IMG/VR virus record: IMGVR_UViG_2660238384_000003
Span: 1-64,000 of that record
Length of the DNA stretch: 64,000 nt
Source of the DNA: an uncultured virus (IMG/VR IMGVR_UViG_2660238384_000003)
Lineage: Duplodnaviria; Heunggongvirae; Uroviricota; Caudoviricetes
Direction: 5' to 3' (one strand)
Part shown: positions 53,222 to 62,678 of the stretch, piece after piece
How the letters are laid out: each line of letters starts with the position of its first letter
Position numbering within the stretch: the first letter of the stretch is position 1
Program-made: the position numbers and the translations under genes
Notes under the pieces: generated by a model
What the model saw: the letters and a program-made list of their open reading frames with translations, nothing else
Databases searched by the model: none
Told to the model about the DNA's origin: nothing

Positions 53222-53427
53222 AGTCGCCCCCATCGACGATGCAGAACGAAACGCTCGGGCACATCCGAGCGTTCTGGGCGGAGAAAGGCTACGCACCCAC
53301 CGTCGCAGAACTGGCAGCCAAGGCCGGCGTCCGCCAGTTCGCCATCCAGCAGCGCCTGACCGCCCTCGAGAACAAGGGCTACATCCAGCGCGACCCGAAA
53401 GTGGCGCGCAGTATCCGCCCGCTCTAA
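53218..53427 (+). CDS. Stand-alone LexA-type DNA-binding domain
   Basis: GYAPTVAEL...[17 protein letters not shown]; no peptidase domain. Confidence 0.8.
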   Translation: MKSPPSTMQNETLGHIRAFWAEKGYAPTVAELAAKAGVRQFAIQQRLTALENKGYIQRDPKVARSIRPL

Positions 53428-53438
53428 CGCCACCCGCC

Positions 53439-53467
53439 GAGCGCCCCACCCGGGGCGCTTTCTCTTT
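53439..53467 (+). terminator. Intrinsic terminator
   Basis: GAGCGCCCC-ACCC-GGGGCGCTT-TCTCTTT. Confidence 0.7.
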
Positions 53468-53571
53468 CAGCACGCACCGGACGCCGCCCTGTGGGCGATT
53501 CAACCATGCCTCGTGGGCCGCCCTGTCAGGCAGGGCGGCGTCCGGTGTGTGCCGTTCCTCAAGGAAACAGC

Positions 53572-56202
53572 ATGACCGCCTATGAAGACTTCTTGCGAGC
53601 GAAGGTCCGCCTCGCCGAGCCGAAAGGCTTCGAAGTGGAGCCCTCGGCCTTCAACCCCCTGCTCAAGCCGCACCAGCGCGCCATCGCCACCTGGCTGGTG
53701 CGCCAAGGCCGCGCGGCCTGTTTCGCGGCCTTCGGCCTGGGCAAGTCGGTAATGCAGCTTGAGGTGGTGCGCGTCACCCGCGACCTAGCCGGCGGCTACG
53801 CTCTCATCACCATTCCGCTGGGTGTGCGCCAGGAGTTCTACCGCGACGCCGCGATGCTCGGCATCACCGTCCGGTTCATCCGCAGTTTCGACGAGGTAGA
53901 CGACCCCGCCACCATCTACCTGACCAATTACGAGACCGTCCGCGACGGCAAGCTCGACCCTCGCCGGTTCAGCGTGGCAAGCCTGGACGAAGCCAGTTGC
54001 CTTCGCGGCTTCGGCGGCAGCAAGACGTTCCGCGAGTTCATGGCTCTGTTCGCTGGTGACGATCGCGCCGCCGGCGTCCGCGGCGATGGCGTCCGGTACC
54101 GGTACGTGGCCACTGCCACGCCAAGCCCGAACGAATACATCGAGCTACTGGCTTACTCGGCCTTCCTCGGCGTGATGGATGTCGGCCAGGCCAAGACCAG
54201 GTTCTTCAAACGCAACTCTGAGAAGGCCGACCAACTCACCATCCATGCCCACAAAGAGGGCGAGTTCTGGATGTGGGTGGCGTCCTGGGCGATCTTCGTT
54301 CAGCGCCCCAGCGACCTCGGGTTCAGCGACGAAGGCTACGCGCTACCGGAACTGGACATCCGCTGGCACGAAGTACCGTCCGACCACTCGCACGCTGGCC
54401 ATGAGCGTAACGGCCAGGGCCGCCTGCTTCGCAACACCGCCATTGGCGTGCAGGACGCCGCCGCAGAGAAGCGCGAGAGCCTTCCTGCCCGGATCGCCAA
54501 ACTGATGGAGATCCGGGCCGAGGCTCCAGATGCTCACCGGATCATCTGGCATGACCTCGAGGCGGAACGCCACGCGATCGAGGCCGCTATCCCCACCGCC
54601 ATCAGCGTCTACGGCGCCCAGGATCTGGAGGAGCGCGAGCGCGCGATTGTCCAGTTCAGCGACGGCGAGTTCCAGGAACTGGCTGCCAAACCAGTGATCG
54701 CAGGCAGCGGCTGCAACTTCCAGCGCCACTGCTCGTGGGCCATCTACCTGGGCATCGGCTTCAAGTTCAACGACTTCATCCAGTCCATTCACCGCCTGCA
54801 CCGATTCCTGCAGACAGGCCGTGTGCGCATCGACCTGATCTATACCGAGGCCGAGCGCGACATCCGCCGCCAACTCGAACGGAAGTGGCAGCAGCACAAC
54901 ACCATGGTTCAGCGCATGACCGAGATCATCAAGCAGTACGGCCTGTCCGTGGCCGCCATGGCACAGACCCTCACCCGCTCCATGGGCGTGGAGCGCGTCG
55001 AGATCAAGGGCAAGGACTACACCATCGTCAACAACGACACCGTGCTCGAAACCTGCCGCATGGAAAGCAACAGCGTCGGCTTGACCATCACCAGCATCCC
55101 CTTCAGCACCCAGTACGAGTACTCGCCGAACTACGCCGACTTCGGCCACACCGACGACAACGCGCACTTCTTCGAGCAGATGGACTATCTGATCCCGGAA
55201 CTGCTGCGCGTGACCATCCCCGGGCGTCTGGCCTGCATCCACGTGAAGGATCGCATCATTCCCGGCGGAATGACCGGCCTTGGCTTCCAGACCGTCTACC
55301 CCTTCCACATGGAAGTGACTCGAGCCTTCGTCAAGCATGGCTGGGCCTATATGGGCATGAAGACCATCGTCACCGACGTGGTTCGCGAGAACGCCCAGAC
55401 CTACCGCCTCTTGTGGACGGAACAGTGCAAGGACGGCACCAAGATGGGTGTCGGCATGCCCGAGTACCTGCTGATCTTCCGCAAGCCCCCCACCGACAAC
55501 TCCAACGCCTACGGCGACATTCCGGTGGTCAAGGCCAAGCCCCTGTGCATCGACGAAGACGGCCAGATCGTCCCCTTCGCCATGGACAAGAAGCTCACCG
55601 TCACCCGCGGCAACGGCTACAGCCGGGCACGCTGGCAGTTGGACGCCCACGGCTTCACCCGCAGCAACGGCAACCGTCCGCTGACTGAAGCGGACTTCGA
55701 AGGCATTCCGCACGACGTGATGTTCAAGCTGTACCGCGACTACAGCCTGTCCACCGTCTACGACTTCGAGCACCACGTCCGCATCGGCGAATCGCTGGAG
55801 GTCACCGGGAAGCTGCCCACCGGCTTCATGCTGCTGCCACCGCAGTCCTGGCACCCGGACGTATGGACCGACGTCGCCCGCATGCGGACGCTCAACGCCC
55901 AGCAGTACAGCAAGGGCCAGGAAATGCACCTGTGCCCGCTGCAGTTCGACATCGTCGACCGGGCCATCGTGCAGTACTCCATGGAAGGAGACCTGGTCTT
56001 CGATCCCTTCGGCGGGATCATGACCGTCCCGTACTGCGCGCTGAAGCTCAAGCGCAGAGCCCGCGCCCACGAACTGAACTCCCGCTACTTCCTGGACGGT
56101 GCCGGCTATTGCAAGTCTGCCGAGGAAGAGATGGCCATGCCCGACCTGTTCGCCCTGCTCGAGGCCGAGGCCGACATTATCCATAAGGAACCCGCCGCAT
56201 GA
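53572..56202 (+). CDS. SF2/SNF2-like helicase fused to an N4/N6 DNA methyltransferase
   Basis: FGLGKS, LDEAS, TATPSPN; TSIPF, HLCPLQ, VFDPFGGI. Confidence 0.85.
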   Translation: MTAYEDFLRAKVRLAEPKGFEVEPSAFNPLLKPHQRAIATWLVRQGRAACFAAFGLGKSVMQLEVVRVTRDLAGGYALITIPLGVRQEFYRDAAMLGITVRFIRSFDEVDDPATIYLTNYETVRDGKLDPRRFSVASLDEASCLRGFGGSKTFREFMALFAGDDRAAGVRGDGVRYRYVATATPSPNEYIELLAYSAFLGVMDVGQAKTRFFKRNSEKADQLTIHAHKEGEFWMWVASWAIFVQRPSDLGFSDEGYALPELDIRWHEVPSDHSHAGHERNGQGRLLRNTAIGVQDAAAEKRESLPARIAKLMEIRAEAPDAHRIIWHDLEAERHAIEAAIPTAISVYGAQDLEERERAIVQFSDGEFQELAAKPVIAGSGCNFQRHCSWAIYLGIGFKFNDFIQSIHRLHRFLQTGRVRIDLIYTEAERDIRRQLERKWQQHNTMVQRMTEIIKQYGLSVAAMAQTLTRSMGVERVEIKGKDYTIVNNDTVLETCRMESNSVGLTITSIPFSTQYEYSPNYADFGHTDDNAHFFEQMDYLIPELLRVTIPGRLACIHVKDRIIPGGMTGLGFQTVYPFHMEVTRAFVKHGWAYMGMKTIVTDVVRENAQTYRLLWTEQCKDGTKMGVGMPEYLLIFRKPPTDNSNAYGDIPVVKAKPLCIDEDGQIVPFAMDKKLTVTRGNGYSRARWQLDAHGFTRSNGNRPLTEADFEGIPHDVMFKLYRDYSLSTVYDFEHHVRIGESLEVTGKLPTGFMLLPPQSWHPDVWTDVARMRTLNAQQYSKGQEMHLCPLQFDIVDRAIVQYSMEGDLVFDPFGGIMTVPYCALKLKRRARAHELNSRYFLDGAGYCKSAEEEMAMPDLFALLEAEADIIHKEPAA

Positions 56203-57977
56203 TCAAGCGCACTCTGTACCACTTCCACTTCTGCTGCGGCCTGGGCGGCGGCGCCGCCGGTTTCAACCGGGCGCGCCCGCGGGTCGGCAACGTCGAGGCT
56301 GAATGGGTCTGCCTCGGCGGGATCGACGTGGACCCGGCCGGCCTGCGCGACTTCGAGCGCCTGGCCGGTGTCCCGGGTACCCTGCTGGACCTGTTCACCC
56401 GCGACCAATACATCCGCTTCCATGGAAAGGAGCCGCCCGCCGGTTGGCGGGAGGCGACTCCGGAGGATATTCGTCGCGCCGCCGGCGGGCGCCGGCCGGA
56501 TGCCGTGTTCATCAGCTCGCCCTGCAAAGGCGCCAGCGGCCTGCTGTCGGAGAAGATGAGCCTGACTCCAAAGTACCAGGCGCTGAACGAGTTGACGCTG
56601 CGCTGCATCTGGCTGATGGGCGAGGCATGGGCTGATGACCCGGTACCGCTGATCGTCTTCGAGAACGTCCCACGCCTGGCGAGCCGCGGCCGGCACCTGC
56701 TTGACCAGATCAACAGCCTACTCGGCGGCTTCGGCTACGCCGTGGCGGAAACCACTCACGACTGCGGCGAGCTGGGCGGTCTAGCCCAGTCGCGCAAGCG
56801 CTTCCTGCTGGTCGCGCGGCACGTCGAGAAAGTGCCGCCCTTCCTGTACGAGCCGGAGAAGAAGAGCCTGCGCGCCGTCGGCGACATCCTCGGCCGCATG
56901 CCGCTGCCCGGCGATATCGACGCCGCCGGCCCGATGCACCGTGTGCCATCCCTGCAGTGGAAGACCTGGGTTCGCCTGGCACTGGTGCAAGCCGGCAGCG
57001 ACTGGCGCAGCCTGAACGACCTCGCCGTCGAGGACGGCTACCTGCGCGATCTGATCATCGTCCCGAAATACCGGGCTGGCTACATGGGCGTGCACGGTTG
57101 GAACGACAGCACGGGCACCATCGCCGGTCGCAGCAGCCCCACGAACGGCGCATTCTCTGTCGCGGACCCGCGCGCGCCGGCAAACGCCCTGCAATACCAA
57201 CAGTACGGCGTGCGCCGCTGGACCGACACCTCGGGCGCCATCATCGGCGTCAAGTCGCCCGGCCAAGGCACGTACTCCGTCGCCGATCCCCGCGGCCAGA
57301 GTTTCGGCAAGTACCTGGTCACCGACTGGGACGGCCCAGCCGGCACCGTGATCGCGGCCAGTACTACCGGCCAGGGTGCATTTGCTGTCGCGGACCCGCG
57401 CCACCGTGGCCCTGCCAAACACTCTAACGAGTTCCGCATCGTGCCTTGGGACCGCCACGCACAAGCGGTCACCAGTGCCCATGGCACAGGCCAGTGCGTC
57501 GAAGACCCGCGCGTGCTCAGCCGGACGAAGGGAGACCCGTATCTCACTGGCGGCCACTACGGCGTAGTTGGGTTCGACCAATCCGCCGGCGCGGTGTCTG
57601 CCAGTGCGCGGCACGACAACGGTCGATGGAGCGTGGCCGATCCGCGCATGCCGAAGGCGAACGACCGGCTGAGCTGCATCATCCAGTCGCTGGATGGCAC
57701 CTGGCACAGGCCCTTCACCACCCTGGAGTTGGCCGCGCTGCAGAGCCTGGTGGACCCGGAAGAACAGTTGATCCTCGACGGCCTGAGCGACAGCGACTGG
57801 CGCGAGCGCATCGGCAACGCCGTACCGCCGGCCGCGGCCGAGGCCATCGCCGGCGTAATGGGTACCACCCTGCTGCTGGCCGAGGCCGGCGAAACCTTCA
57901 TGCTCAGCAATACGCCGATCTGGGTGCGCCCGGTTGCGGTGGCGCTGAGCGTCGCGCAACAGGAGGTGCAACCGTGA
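56199..57977 (+). CDS. DNA cytosine-5 methyltransferase
   Basis: FCCGLGG, SSPCKG, FENV, QSRKR, IGNAV. Confidence 0.92.
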   Translation: MIKRTLYHFHFCCGLGGGAAGFNRARPRVGNVEAEWVCLGGIDVDPAGLRDFERLAGVPGTLLDLFTRDQYIRFHGKEPPAGWREATPEDIRRAAGGRRPDAVFISSPCKGASGLLSEKMSLTPKYQALNELTLRCIWLMGEAWADDPVPLIVFENVPRLASRGRHLLDQINSLLGGFGYAVAETTHDCGELGGLAQSRKRFLLVARHVEKVPPFLYEPEKKSLRAVGDILGRMPLPGDIDAAGPMHRVPSLQWKTWVRLALVQAGSDWRSLNDLAVEDGYLRDLIIVPKYRAGYMGVHGWNDSTGTIAGRSSPTNGAFSVADPRAPANALQYQQYGVRRWTDTSGAIIGVKSPGQGTYSVADPRGQSFGKYLVTDWDGPAGTVIAASTTGQGAFAVADPRHRGPAKHSNEFRIVPWDRHAQAVTSAHGTGQCVEDPRVLSRTKGDPYLTGGHYGVVGFDQSAGAVSASARHDNGRWSVADPRMPKANDRLSCIIQSLDGTWHRPFTTLELAALQSLVDPEEQLILDGLSDSDWRERIGNAVPPAAAEAIAGVMGTTLLLAEAGETFMLSNTPIWVRPVAVALSVAQQEVQP

Positions 57978-58402
57978 ACACCGAACAGTTCATCCGTGAC
58001 TCGGCCGCGCGCGGGCTTTCCCGCCGCGCCACCCGGCTGGCCCTGGGCATCGGCCCATGGGTATTCCGCGAAATGCTGACCCTGATGCCGGACATCGAGT
58101 GGCCGGCGAAGGGCCAGTCGCTGGACCACAAGCGGGCCAACTCGCAGAAACAGGGCTACTGCACGCCGGCACTCGCCCGCGCACTGGACCAGGCCCGCCA
58201 GGCACGCAAGGAAAAGCACACCCACACCGTGCGCGGCAGAACCGGAACCCTCGAAGAGTTGGTCGACCTGCTGCCGAGCCCCGTCTCGGCCAGCACCGTC
58301 CGCCGGCGACTCGCCGCAGGCATGTCCCTCGAGGACGCGCTGCTCACCCCACACCTACCGCCGAAACCAGGCCATCGCCCACTTCAGCAGGTGCAGCCAT
58401 GA
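57974..58402 (+). CDS. Hypothetical HTH-like protein
   Basis: GTG start with GGAGG; STVRRRLAAGMSLEDAL. Confidence 0.65.
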   Translation: MNTEQFIRDSAARGLSRRATRLALGIGPWVFREMLTLMPDIEWPAKGQSLDHKRANSQKQGYCTPALARALDQARQARKEKHTHTVRGRTGTLEELVDLLPSPVSASTVRRRLAAGMSLEDALLTPHLPPKPGHRPLQQVQP

Positions 58403-59044
58403 CGACGAACCAGAACCACCCCGACGATCATCTTGCAATTGAGGCGCTCCACAGCCGCTATCTCAATGTCCTGACCGGACGCACCAGCGATCACCTCATG
58501 ATGTTCCAAGACGAGGCCTACGCGCTTGGCCGCGCCCGGGGCGCCTGGACGTGTTCCGTTTCGACCTGCACCTGGAGCGCCAGCGCCGGTTCAGCGAACG
58601 CACGTTCGGGCCTGGGTCGCGTGCCGCTGGCGTCGTCGACCACATCCGTAAGGAGTTGCGCGAGATCGAAGAAGCCCCGGCGACCTGGCCGAGTGGATCG
58701 ACGTTGTGATCCTGGCCCTGGACGGGGCTTGGCGCACCGGCGCCACTCCCGCGCAGATCATCGACGCCCTGCTGGCAAAGCAGGCGAAGAACGAGTCGCG
58801 GTCCTGGCCGGACTGGCGCACGGCGCCGGCCGACAAGGCGATCGAGCACGACCGCGCGGACGACCCGATCGACGACAACACCTACTTCGTCATGCGCAAC
58901 GCCGGCGGCGCCGTGTTCGTGAAGCACGGTCCCTTCTTCCGCGACCAGGGCGGCCTGACGGAGGACTGGGGAAAGAACTGGACGCGCATCAGGGCCGGCA
59001 GCCTCAAGCATGCCCGCCAGATTGGGGAGGGGCTGCTGCCGTGA
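58399..59044 (+). CDS. DUF550 dATP/dGTP pyrophosphohydrolase-like protein (two apparent deletions)
   Basis: FSERTFGPG..GVVDHIRKELREI..EWIDVVILALDGAWR..KNESRSWPDWR recovered across frames. Confidence 0.7.
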
Positions 59045-59364
59045 TCCAGCGCATCTACCTCGCCGGGCCTATGACCGGCCTGCCGGAACACAACTTCCCC
59101 GCCTTCCACGCCGAAGCCGCGCGCCTGCGCAGCCTCGGGTACCAGGTCGAGAACCCCGCCGAGCACGGCGAGATTCCGGGCTTCGAGTGGGCCGACTACC
59201 TGCGGCTCGACCTGCAGAAGCTGCTCACCTGCCAGGCAATCGCTCTGCTGCCCGGCTGGATGGACTCGAAGGGCGCCAGGCTGGAGTTCACCGTAGCCAC
59301 CAATCTGGGAATGCGCGCTCTGCACGCGGAGCACATCACCGGTCCTGCGGAGGATGCGCCATGA
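59041..59364 (+). CDS. DUF4406 nucleoside 2-deoxyribosyltransferase-like protein
   Basis: IYLAGPMTGLPEHNFPAF...NPA...LPGWMDSKGARLE. Confidence 0.85.
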   Translation: MIQRIYLAGPMTGLPEHNFPAFHAEAARLRSLGYQVENPAEHGEIPGFEWADYLRLDLQKLLTCQAIALLPGWMDSKGARLEFTVATNLGMRALHAEHITGPAEDAP

Positions 59365-60002
59365 CCGACCTCTTCTACCTGCAAGACAGCCGCAGCAACG
59401 TCGGGAGCCGGGCCATGTTCTGGCGCGCCGGCGGCGGCTACACCACCAACATCGACGAAGCCGAAACGTTCACCCGCGCCCGGGCCGTACGGCAATACGA
59501 GTGCCGCGAGACCGATCTGCCCTGGCCGGTCGACTACGTGCGCGCCCGGGTCGAGTACGGCGTCGATCACCAGGACCTGGAACTGTCCCGGACGCAGGCA
59601 CTCGCCACCGCCCCAGCGGACGACCGCATCTACGTCGCCTACGACAGGGACTGGGACGGCAACTGCCTGGTCTGGGTACCCGAGGCCGCCGGCCGGACAT
59701 CCAACCTGGCCGCCGCACGGACCTGGCCGCTCGACCACGCCGGCATACTCACCGCGCGCGGGCGCGCGCCCTGGCCGAAGTCCTACATCGACCAGCATGC
59801 CAGGCCTGTTGCTGTGGCGGCCTCCCTCAACCACAAGCAGGCCCTCCGGCTCTTCGGCCTGAAGCTACCCAAGCCGGAGCACCAGGGCCAGCGCCGCCTG
59901 AGCTACAGCACCAGGCTGAATTGCAGCGGCTGCGGACGCTTCATCACAGAGCATCAGCGCTTCGACGACTGCCCCAACTGCGGGGCAAGGAATGCACCAT
60001 GA
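59361..60002 (+). CDS. Hypothetical protein with internal duplication and C-terminal Zn ribbon
   Basis: FYLQDSRSNVG...; CSGC..CPNC. Confidence 0.75.
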   Translation: MTDLFYLQDSRSNVGSRAMFWRAGGGYTTNIDEAETFTRARAVRQYECRETDLPWPVDYVRARVEYGVDHQDLELSRTQALATAPADDRIYVAYDRDWDGNCLVWVPEAAGRTSNLAAARTWPLDHAGILTARGRAPWPKSYIDQHARPVAVAASLNHKQALRLFGLKLPKPEHQGQRRLSYSTRLNCSGCGRFITEHQRFDDCPNCGARNAP

Positions 60003-60754
60003 CCAGATCCAAGCTGGTGCAGAGCGAGGCCGAACTCTGCGCGGCGTTCATCGACGAGTTCAACCGAGTCCCCGGCTGGACCTGCTACCCGGAGACTGCC
60101 GGGTTCGACATCCTGGTGGTCCATGAGGATGGCCGGCAGATCGGCGTAGAGGCCAAATTGCAGTTGAACGCCAAGGTAGCCGACCAGATCCTGCCGCAGT
60201 ACTGGCAAGACCGGTACGGTGCGCCAGGGCCAGATCACCGCCTGGTCATTGTCGGGCGGATCACCGAGGCCAGCGCCGGCATCAAGCGCCTGCTTGAAAT
60301 GTGCGGCGTCGCGGTTCTTGCGCCGCACCGTGGCTACGTGCGACGCAACGGCAGTTACGTCGAAGGGCCCGACTTCGGCCTATCCCATTGGGTCAAGCAC
60401 TTCAACGAGCCCAACCTCTTCGACTGGAACCCCGCTGAGCGCTGCCATGTCCCGATCGTGGTCCCTGACGTGCCCGCCGGCGTTCCGGCGCCGCTGCGAC
60501 TCACCCAATGGAAGGAAGGCGCGCTGAAGGTGATCGCCACGCTTCGCCGCCAGGGCTTCATCACAACGAAGCAGATCGCCGAATGCGGCGTCAGCGCGAC
60601 GAACTGGACACGATCCTGGCTCGACAAGGGCGCCGAGCGCGGCACCTGGGTTGAGTCTGCCCGCATGCCAGCGTTCGACCAGCAGCACCCCGAGGCCTTC
60701 ACCAAGATCCAGCAGGCGCTGGACAAGAGCGCCCAGCCCAACCTCTTCACCTGA
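59999..60754 (+). CDS. PD-(D/E)xK nuclease-like protein
   Basis: YPETAGFDIL...IGVEAKL. Confidence 0.6.
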   Translation: MTRSKLVQSEAELCAAFIDEFNRVPGWTCYPETAGFDILVVHEDGRQIGVEAKLQLNAKVADQILPQYWQDRYGAPGPDHRLVIVGRITEASAGIKRLLEMCGVAVLAPHRGYVRRNGSYVEGPDFGLSHWVKHFNEPNLFDWNPAERCHVPIVVPDVPAGVPAPLRLTQWKEGALKVIATLRRQGFITTKQIAECGVSATNWTRSWLDKGAERGTWVESARMPAFDQQHPEAFTKIQQALDKSAQPNLFT

Positions 60755-60863
60755 GCACCGCAATGAACCGCCCCACCATCTGCCGCACCACGGGCCAACG
60801 GATAGGCCTGTGCAAATGCTTCCGCTGCCGGCCGCCGGCGCCGGAGCAACCGGAGACACCGCA

Positions 60864-61613
60864 ATGTCCTCTACCCAACACCAACTGATCGAGCAGTGCG
60901 CCATCCGCCTGCGCGGCATCGTCGAAGCCCTGGACAACATCCACGACAACACCCCGCACCGCTGGTCAACGGACCTCGACGACGTTCACTCCTCAGCCGA
61001 GAGCCTGCTGGCCCTCATCAATGATCAGGCGCCGCCGTCCGATGCCGAGCGCTGGAAAGAGCAATTCGCCTGCATGCAATTGCAGCGCGACCACCACCGC
61101 GAACGCGCCGACGCCGCCTTGGCCAGGGTCGCCTCGCTTGAGTCCAAGCTGGCGGAGCTGGAGAAGCAGGAGCCGGTGGCTCTCGCCAATCGCGGAATTC
61201 ATGCCTTCTGGGTGAAGTGGACGGAGGCCGCTGCCGGCCTGTATGGCCCCGGCATCAAGCTCTACGCGCACCCGGTCGCACAGGCTCAGCACAGCGTGCC
61301 TCAAGCATGGCTCGACGTACAGGCAGAGCGCCGCCGGCAGATCACCGCCGAGGGATGGACGCCGGAGCACGACGACGAGCACAGCCACGGCCAGATGGCT
61401 CGCGCCGCCGCCTGCTACGCCCTGGCCGGCTCCAGCGCTCCGAACGATGGAACCGCCGCCCTGCTGGTGTCGCTGGCATGGCCCTGGGATGAACAGTGGT
61501 GGAAGCCGAGCACTGCTCGACGCGATATGGTCAAGGCCTGCGCCCTCGGGCTGGCCGAGATCGAGCGCCTTGACCGGGTAGCGGCGAGTCAGGGAGGGCC
61601 AAGTGATGCGTAG
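60864..61613 (+). CDS. Mosaic phage protein with C-terminal AERRRQ/EHDD domain
   Basis: VQAERRRQITAEGWTPEHDD...AEIERLDR. Confidence 0.7.
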   Translation: MSSTQHQLIEQCAIRLRGIVEALDNIHDNTPHRWSTDLDDVHSSAESLLALINDQAPPSDAERWKEQFACMQLQRDHHRERADAALARVASLESKLAELEKQEPVALANRGIHAFWVKWTEAAAGLYGPGIKLYAHPVAQAQHSVPQAWLDVQAERRRQITAEGWTPEHDDEHSHGQMARAAACYALAGSSAPNDGTAALLVSLAWPWDEQWWKPSTARRDMVKACALGLAEIERLDRVAASQGGPSDA

Positions 61614-61724
61614 AGCACTGACCGCCCTCGGCATCATCGCAGCCCTCGGCCTGGCCGTGGTGGGGCTGGTGGAGATATTCCCGATCGTTCGCACGCTGGC
61701 GGCCTGGCAGACGGGGTGCTTCGG

Positions 61725-62147
61725 ATGAAGCAGAAACCAGGCATCGCACTTCCCCGCTGGCTCCTTCGCACAACCACGATGCAGATGCACAGCGTCGACG
61801 TGGTACTGGTCATGGCCCTAGTGCTCCAGCACCACGGCACGGCCGACGCGGTTCGCCGCGCCGCCGGTCAGCTTCGCGACAGAGTGTGTGCCGAGCACCG
61901 GCCCAAGATGACCGCGCTCATGCGAATGCAAGACGACGCGGCGGCGCTGCAAGTGGCGCTCAACATCGTCCAACGCGCCACCGACGCCCTGGGCATCCTG
62001 CCGGGAACGCCATTTCCGGCCGGGCCGGTACTGACTAACCGTTACCTCGAAACCCAACTTGCACCCGGTCCGTATCAATGGACCCGGGAGGTATCTCTAT
62101 GCGCAACCCCCAGCAGCACCAAGACGTCCCCCGCTTCATCGACTTGA
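61725..62147 (+). CDS. Hypothetical protein; C-terminus probably altered at a junction near 62027
   Basis: Phage-like codon usage up to ~62027, then more AT-rich sequence. Confidence 0.55.
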   Translation: MKQKPGIALPRWLLRTTTMQMHSVDVVLVMALVLQHHGTADAVRRAAGQLRDRVCAEHRPKMTALMRMQDDAAALQVALNIVQRATDALGILPGTPFPAGPVLTNRYLETQLAPGPYQWTREVSLCATPSSTKTSPASST

Positions 62148-62449
62148 ATATGGTCAAGTTGAGAACGGGGATGGGTACCACGTTCATCTACGACCATATG
62201 AAGAAAGGGGACTTCCCCAAAGGGCGCAAGTTTGGCCGTGCCACTCGCTGGGCAGAGGTTGAAATCGACCAGTACTGCAACGGAACCTGGACGCCGCAGG
62301 CGCCAACAAACGAAGCGGGAGCCCGGAGTGATCACTCCGGGCAGCCTGCTCCAACCGAACCAAGTAACCACGGCAGTGCTGCACGTAGCGCACTCGAGAC
62401 AGTCTCCAACCATGGCCAGTTAGTGGTTCATCGAACTCAAGGCGCTTAA
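62099..62449 (+). CDS. AlpA-family regulator/excisionase
   Basis: FIDLNMVKLRTGMGTTFIYDHMKKGDFPKGRKFGRATRWAEVEI; GGGAGG RBS. Confidence 0.85.
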   Translation: MRNPQQHQDVPRFIDLNMVKLRTGMGTTFIYDHMKKGDFPKGRKFGRATRWAEVEIDQYCNGTWTPQAPTNEAGARSDHSGQPAPTEPSNHGSAARSALETVSNHGQLVVHRTQGA

Positions 62450-62504
62450 TCACTTGGCTAACGGCGTTTAGGTTCATCATCTTCGTTGGGTCTATTCGAC
62501 CCAC
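62405..62504 (-). pseudogene. Remnant of a P4-like tyrosine integrase
   Basis: GRIDPTKMMNLNAVSQVIKRLEFDEPLTGHGWR resembles the ...KPMSxNxxxxxIKRLGYxxxxTGHGFR box; the rest of the gene is absent. Confidence 0.6.
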
Positions 62505-62678
62505 GAACGCTAACTAGTGCTCCCCCCTCCGCAGAAACCGCCTGACTTACTTAATCGTTAGGCGCGACAGAGCCACGATCTACGGCGGCCCGTCCTCCCC
62601 GTCCCTGCGCACCTTTCCAGGCAGTTGTTTCACCCTTCCGAGTCGCCACTAACTCTGCCACCGGGTCGAAAGTCTACC

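Noticed and set aside
3529..59044. About 14 frameshifts (holin, giant protein, 17327 gene x2, 20463 gene, 23052 gene, capsid, portal, P-like x2, 45696 gene x2, DUF550 x2) as programmed frameshifting, phase variation or prophage decay
   Set aside because: All are repaired by adding single bases, mostly in short G/C runs, with no nonsense mutations or insertions seen. This is the signature of homopolymer under-calling; raw reads or resequencing would decide.
62184..62504. This ORF as the prophage's functional integrase
   Set aside because: Only ~33 aa resemble an integrase; the real integrase is presumably beyond the window
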